This document shows, one piece after another, positions 59,206 through 64,000 of a DNA stretch of 64,000 bases. The notes beneath the pieces were generated by a model, which saw only the letters and a list, made by a program, of their open reading frames with translations, searched no databases and was not told the origin of the DNA. The stretch spans positions 6,196 through 70,195 of the forward strand of contig LBWP01000003.1 of assembly GCA_000993685.1 (NCBI GenBank), read 5' to 3'. The DNA comes from Candidatus Woesebacteria bacterium GW2011_GWA1_39_21. Its GTDB lineage: Bacteria; Patescibacteriota; Microgenomatia; UBA8517. Numbering within the stretch: position 1 is the first letter of the stretch; each line of letters starts with the position of its first letter. Both the position numbers and the translations under genes were made by a program.

Positions 59206-62106
59206 ATGATGAGCAATAAACCTCGTTTTGAAGATATTTCGACAAATTGCAATTTTGTTGAAGAAGAAAAAAAATTGATTAAACATTGGTACCAAGACGG
59301 TGTCGTAAAAAAATATTTAGATAAAAACAAATCTGCGAAAGAGTTTTTTTCCTTTTTAGATGGTCCAATTACGGCAAATAACCCGATGGGTGTCCATCAT
59401 GCTTGGGGTAGAACTTACAAAGACCTTTTTCAGAGATACAAAAATATGAAGGGATTCAAGCAACGATTTCAAAATGGCTTTGACTGCCAGGGTCTTTGGG
59501 TTGAGGTGGAAGTTGAAAAAGAACTTGGTTTTAAAAGTAAAAAGGATATCGATAAGTACGGGGTGGCGAATTTCATCAATAAATGTAAAAAGCGAGTCAA
59601 TAAATATTCAGCCATGCAAACACAACAAACAATCAGGTTGGGTAATTTTATGGATTGGGACAATTCCTACTACACAATGAGTGATGACAACAATTACATG
59701 ATTTGGCATTTTCTCAAAGAATGTAAGCAAAAGAATTTAATCTACAAAGGGATAGACGTTGTTCCCTGGTGTTACCGTTGCGAAACCGCAATTTCAGAAC
59801 ATGAGATACTTACCGAAGACTATAAAGACGTCGAACACACCTCTATCTACTTTCGACTGCCGATAACTGGTCGGAAAAATGAATTTTTACTGGTCTGGAC
59901 AACTACACCATGGACTATCCCTGCAAATATCGCAGTTTCAGTTGATGGAGAAAATAATTATTCATTGGTTGATTTTGAAGGTAAATATTACTGGGTGATG
60001 AATAAACTTGTTCAGAAAATATTTATTAGAGACTACAAGATTTTAAAAACAGTTAAGGGTACTGATTTGGATGGGTTTGCTTACACATCTGCGTTTGACG
60101 ATCTTCAGTCAAATAAAGCACTTTCTAAAGATAAACTGTTTCATACTGTAGTTATAACAGACTCAATGATTATGCCTATTACCGAAGAAGAAGGAACAGG
60201 GCTTGTGCATACCTCAACGGGAACCGGAGCTGAGGATCATAGGCTTGGTAAGAAGATCGGTCTTCCGATTATGCCTGCAATTAAAGACAATGCGGATTAT
60301 ATTGAAGGTTTTGGCGATCTTTCTGGAAAAAATGCAAAGCAAAACCCTGAATTAATTTTTGATATTTTGAAAACAAAGAAAGATGGTCTGTTTTTGTTTA
60401 AGTTAGAAAATTACCGTCATAGATACCCAGCGTGTTGGCGCTGTAAAAGTGAACTGGTGTGGAAATTAACCGACGAATGGTATATCGCCATCGAACCAGT
60501 CAGGGAAAAGATGAAAAAAAACGCGAAGGCGATTAGTTGGATCCCCGAGTTTGGTTTGAAAAGGGAATTGGACTGGCTGTCGAACATGCACGACTGGTTG
60601 ATTTCGAAAAAAAATCGCTATTGGGGTTTAGCTTTGCCAATTTGGGAATGTGATTGCGGTAATTTTGAGGTTGTCGGTGGCTTTGACGAACTGAGGCAAA
60701 AAGCTGTAGAAGGCTGGAACGTGTTTGAAGGGCACACTCCACACAAGCCTTTTATCGATAAAGTTAAGATCAAATGTGGCAAGTGTGGAAAAACTATCAG
60801 TAGGATTTCCGATGTTGGTAATCCATGGTTGGACGCGGGTATAGTTCCATTCTCGACAATCTCTTCTAACAATCGATCAAAACCACTTTATATTACAGAT
60901 AAGGAGGAATTCCACCGTTGGTTTCCAGCAGACTTCATTACTGAAAGTTTTCCTGGTCAATTCAAAAATTGGTTTTACTCGGTTCTCGCAATGAGCACAA
61001 TCTTAGAGAACAAAATTCCCTACAAAACAGTGTTTGGTTTTGCCACTTTGGTTGCCGAAGACGGTAGGCCGATGCATAAAAGTTGGGGGAACTCGATTGA
61101 ATTTAATGATGGAGCCGAAAAAATTGGCGCCGATGTTATGCGCTGGATGTTTGTTTGTGCCAACCCGGCGGATAATTTACTTTTTGGTTATAAAAATGCC
61201 GATGAAGTTAGAAGAAGGTTTTATTTGAAGTTGTGGAACAGCTATAACTTTTTTGTGACATATGCCAACTTAGATCTCTATGCTCCGACCAAAAGTGTTG
61301 ATTTCAAAACTGGTAGTTTAACAATTCTTGACAAGTGGATACTGACTAGGCTTAAGGAAACGTTGACTGGTGTTGATACGATGTTGGCGGAATACAACAG
61401 CGCGTCGGCAGCGTTGAAAATAGAAGATTTTGTTAACGACTTCTCGAATTGGTATATTAGAAGATCTCGAAGTCGGGTTGGTATCGCTGCCTCGGATCTT
61501 AATGATAAAAAAACTTTTTATGACGTTTCATATACAATCCTTCTGACACTGTCGAAAATGCTTGCGCCGCTTTTACCTTTTTTATCAGAACTTATTTACA
61601 CGAATTTGACAAAAAACGAAAGCGTCCACTTAGAAGACTGGCCGGATTTTCACTATGAGATCGACATTTTTATGACAGAGCAGATGTCTGTTGTCCGCAA
61701 AGCTGCCGAGGCAATCCACTCAGAAAGAAAGAAAAAAAATATTGCAATCAGTCAACCGCTTTTGGGAGCAGAGATTTACGGACCTTCCCAAAAACCTGAT
61801 AGCCGATATCTACAGATTTTGCTTGAAGAGACTAATTTGCTCAGCCTTAACTGGGTAAAAAAGGGTGCGGTTTACCAGGTTACCCTCAACGAAAAAATTA
61901 CTCCCGAGTTGGAGGAGCAGGCAAAGACAAGAAAACTTGTTCGAAAGATCCAAAACGCGCGAAAAGTTCTTGGCGTGAAGCTTAATGAAAAGGTCGAGGT
62001 TATTTCCGATTGGCTGCCGAGCGACAAAAAACTTCTTGCTTTTATCAAAGAGAAAACCCTTGCCACCGAATTAGTCTCTGGCGATGAGTTCAAAGTTGAA
62101 AAGTAA
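59206..62106 (+). CDS. ileS: Isoleucine--tRNA ligase
   Basis: 'FLDGPITAN', 'GFDCQGL', 'VWTTTPWT', 'GTGLVH', 'DWLIS..RYWG', 'MHKS'. Confidence 0.93.
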   Translation: MMSNKPRFEDISTNCNFVEEEKKLIKHWYQDGVVKKYLDKNKSAKEFFSFLDGPITANNPMGVHHAWGRTYKDLFQRYKNMKGFKQRFQNGFDCQGLWVEVEVEKELGFKSKKDIDKYGVANFINKCKKRVNKYSAMQTQQTIRLGNFMDWDNSYYTMSDDNNYMIWHFLKECKQKNLIYKGIDVVPWCYRCETAISEHEILTEDYKDVEHTSIYFRLPITGRKNEFLLVWTTTPWTIPANIAVSVDGENNYSLVDFEGKYYWVMNKLVQKIFIRDYKILKTVKGTDLDGFAYTSAFDDLQSNKALSKDKLFHTVVITDSMIMPITEEEGTGLVHTSTGTGAEDHRLGKKIGLPIMPAIKDNADYIEGFGDLSGKNAKQNPELIFDILKTKKDGLFLFKLENYRHRYPACWRCKSELVWKLTDEWYIAIEPVREKMKKNAKAISWIPEFGLKRELDWLSNMHDWLISKKNRYWGLALPIWECDCGNFEVVGGFDELRQKAVEGWNVFEGHTPHKPFIDKVKIKCGKCGKTISRISDVGNPWLDAGIVPFSTISSNNRSKPLYITDKEEFHRWFPADFITESFPGQFKNWFYSVLAMSTILENKIPYKTVFGFATLVAEDGRPMHKSWGNSIEFNDGAEKIGADVMRWMFVCANPADNLLFGYKNADEVRRRFYLKLWNSYNFFVTYANLDLYAPTKSVDFKTGSLTILDKWILTRLKETLTGVDTMLAEYNSASAALKIEDFVNDFSNWYIRRSRSRVGIAASDLNDKKTFYDVSYTILLTLSKMLAPLLPFLSELIYTNLTKNESVHLEDWPDFHYEIDIFMTEQMSVVRKAAEAIHSERKKKNIAISQPLLGAEIYGPSQKPDSRYLQILLEETNLLSLNWVKKGAVYQVTLNEKITPELEEQAKTRKLVRKIQNARKVLGVKLNEKVEVISDWLPSDKKLLAFIKEKTLATELVSGDEFKVEK

Positions 62107-62114
62107 ATAATTTC

Positions 62115-63182
62115 GTGAAGTTTTTTCCAAAACCCTTTTTACAGGAGCCGATTGTAATTTTTTGCGCCTTAGTCCTTTTAACGACTGGTGTCTTCATCCT
62201 GAATTCACTTTCCCCAGATCTATTTCCGCAGTACTACATCTACATTTTGGTGGCTTTAAGTGTTTTTTATCTACTCTATCTATTTGGGTTTGATATCGTG
62301 AAGTATTTTACAACCCATCTGTACGTTTTTTCTATTGTACTTCTCGTATTAACCTTAGTAATTGGGCGGGTAACGAGAGGCGCTGTTAGGTGGATTCCTT
62401 TGGGAGACTATTCTTTTCAAGCCTCTGAAGTTGTCAGACCGTTTTTGCTTTTGTTTTTTGCGCAGAGGCTTTCTGGTGTCAGAAAGAGTATTGCAAAAAT
62501 TGCAAAACTTGGTTTACTTGCGATGCTTCCCGTTTTGTTGATTGCGATTCAACCTTCATTCGGGGTTGCACTTTTGACGACGATTGGTATTTCCGTAATA
62601 TTTGCCTTTAAATTGCTGCGCGGAAAAAGTTTTATTGCAATTTTATTTATTGTCCTTTTGGGAGTTCCCTTAGTGTGGACTTTTTTTAAACCTTATCAAA
62701 GAGAACGTATATCAAACTTTTTTATCTACGAGTCGGATCCGTCGGGATCTGGTTACAACACAATTCAATCAATCATCTCAACAGGTTCCGGAGGACTGCT
62801 TGGAAGAGGTTTTAAGAAGGGGTTCCAGACTCAGCTACGGTACTTACCAGAAAAACATACGGATTTTGTCTTCGCTGGAATTTCTGAAGAATTGGGTTTT
62901 GTAGGCGCGTCGATTGTTTTAGCCGCACTTTTTATTTTGTATTTTCGGATAATTTCACTTGCTTGCAACTCTGACGACGAAGCTTATACTCTGTTTGCAA
63001 TTGGTTCAGTTGTTGTTTTGATTGGTGAGACAGTAATTAATGTTGGGATGAACTTGGGGTTACTTCCGATAACAGGTATACCCTTACCTTTGGTCTCCGC
63101 GGGCGGGTCGTCGCTGCTTTCCTCTTTCATAACGCTGTCACTTATCATGAGCGGGAAAAGTGTAAAGAAAGTCTTGAGATAA
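62115..63182 (+). CDS. rodA: SEDS protein RodA
   Basis: 'RGAVRW', 'FQASE', 'LPEKHTDF', 'TGIPLPLVSAGGS'. Confidence 0.85.
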   Translation: MKFFPKPFLQEPIVIFCALVLLTTGVFILNSLSPDLFPQYYIYILVALSVFYLLYLFGFDIVKYFTTHLYVFSIVLLVLTLVIGRVTRGAVRWIPLGDYSFQASEVVRPFLLLFFAQRLSGVRKSIAKIAKLGLLAMLPVLLIAIQPSFGVALLTTIGISVIFAFKLLRGKSFIAILFIVLLGVPLVWTFFKPYQRERISNFFIYESDPSGSGYNTIQSIISTGSGGLLGRGFKKGFQTQLRYLPEKHTDFVFAGISEELGFVGASIVLAALFILYFRIISLACNSDDEAYTLFAIGSVVVLIGETVINVGMNLGLLPITGIPLPLVSAGGSSLLSSFITLSLIMSGKSVKKVLR

Positions 63183-63210
63183 TTAACAAATACGCGTAAA
63201 ATAGCATGAT

Positions 63211-63507
63211 ATGAAATACGCAGTAATCAAAATTTCTGGCAAGCAGCACAAAGTTGTTGAGGGAGAACGTTTACTTGTTGATAAGTTAAACGAAGAAAAA
63301 ATAGACACACTTCTTGTTCGGGACGGAGACGAGACAATTATCGGGAAACCATATGTAAGCAGGGCGAAAGTAAGTTTTAAAAAAGAAGAAGTCGTAAAAG
63401 GTAAAAAAATTGATATCCTAAAATACAAGGCAAAATCGAGATATCGAAAACATCTCGGCTTTCGACCCCAGTATACTCCGATTGTAATTGAGAAAATATC
63501 TTTATAA
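63211..63507 (+). CDS. rplU: 50S ribosomal protein L21
   Basis: 'YAVIKISGKQHKV', 'KYKAKSRYRKHLGFRP'. Confidence 0.95.
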   Translation: MKYAVIKISGKQHKVVEGERLLVDKLNEEKIDTLLVRDGDETIIGKPYVSRAKVSFKKEEVVKGKKIDILKYKAKSRYRKHLGFRPQYTPIVIEKISL

Positions 63508-63537
63508 CTATATACTTTTATAACATACTGCATACTC

Positions 63538-63566
63538 TTGACAAGCGTGAAAATATTGACTATAGT
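63538..63566 (+). promoter_or_regulatory. Sigma70-type promoter upstream of rpmA
   Basis: TTGACA-N17-TATAGT. Confidence 0.6.
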
Positions 63567-63654
63567 CTAGATATTCATTTTTTCCTTTTTAAAATAGTTG
63601 ATAATTAACTTTTTTCTAAGTTAATATATTCATACAGATATAGAATAGAAAAGT

Positions 63655-63903
63655 ATGTCAAAGAAAAAACAAGGCGGAAAACTTGTACAACAAAAGAGAA
63701 CGCAGCCTAAGTATTTAGGTGTAAAACTTCATGACGGCCAAAAAGTTACAACCGGTGCAGTTATTGTTCGGCAGCGAGGAACAAAATATTTGCCTGGAAT
63801 GTCAGTTTCTGTTGGGAAAGATCATACTTTGTTTGCAATGGAAAGCGGAGTCGTTAAGTTTAAAACACGATTGGGCAGGAAAATGGTTAGTGTCGTTTCA
63901 TGA
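63655..63903 (+). CDS. rpmA: 50S ribosomal protein L27
   Basis: 'LGVK..GQ.V..G..IVRQRGT', 'GKDHTLFA'. Confidence 0.95.
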   Translation: MSKKKQGGKLVQQKRTQPKYLGVKLHDGQKVTTGAVIVRQRGTKYLPGMSVSVGKDHTLFAMESGVVKFKTRLGRKMVSVVS

Positions 63904-63924
63904 GAAAGTAGTTTATTAATCAGT

Positions 63925-64000
63925 ATGGCCGACGAAATAGTCCAAATTCCAGTTGATCAACTTCAAGCGAATCCCTTACAACCTCGGGGGGCAATTACCC
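63925..64000 (+). CDS. ParB/Spo0J-family protein (N-terminus, runs off window)
   Basis: MADEIVQIPVDQLQANPLQPRG carries the 'NP.QPR' motif. Confidence 0.75.
   Translation, partial: MADEIVQIPVDQLQANPLQPRGAIT

Noticed and set aside
1-64000. Numerous 60-140 aa antisense or alternate-frame ORFs
   Set aside because: They shadow well-supported genes and show no recognisable motifs.
1-64000. CRISPR array, transposase, integrase, rRNA, tRNA
   Set aside because: No regularly spaced repeats or diagnostic motifs were recognised by eye.

Overview
AT-rich bacterial chromosomal window using the standard genetic code (TGA is a stop). Gene content and style suggest CPR/Patescibacteria, Microgenomates-like (inference). 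1-30.8 kb is a large surface-glycan locus: a flippase, many GT2/GT4 enzymes, four GT-C membrane glycosyltransferases, two large YfhO-like membrane proteins, an O-antigen-ligase-like protein, ManC, a priming phosphoglycosyltransferase and a DUF4012-like protein. 30.8-35.4 kb holds recO, a DUF2130-like gene, a membrane hydrolase and glyS. 35.6-58.9 kb is a dcw cluster with unusual features: a MurE-GlmU(N) fusion, inverted murB, a class IV (probably D-amino acid) aminotransferase, a split membrane-anchored murF, and DegT-like and FemX-like genes. ileS, rodA, rplU, rpmA and the start of parB follow. The most notable signal is a family of 105-169 nt non-coding, transposase-less IS200/IS605-type mini-elements. 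Three clearly homologous copies obey the TnpA guide/cleavage-site pairing rule and show compensatory stem changes; a fourth element shares the architecture. Two of them sit in frame at about codon 6 of intact genes and add 35-38 aa. No CRISPR array, tRNA or rRNA was recognised.
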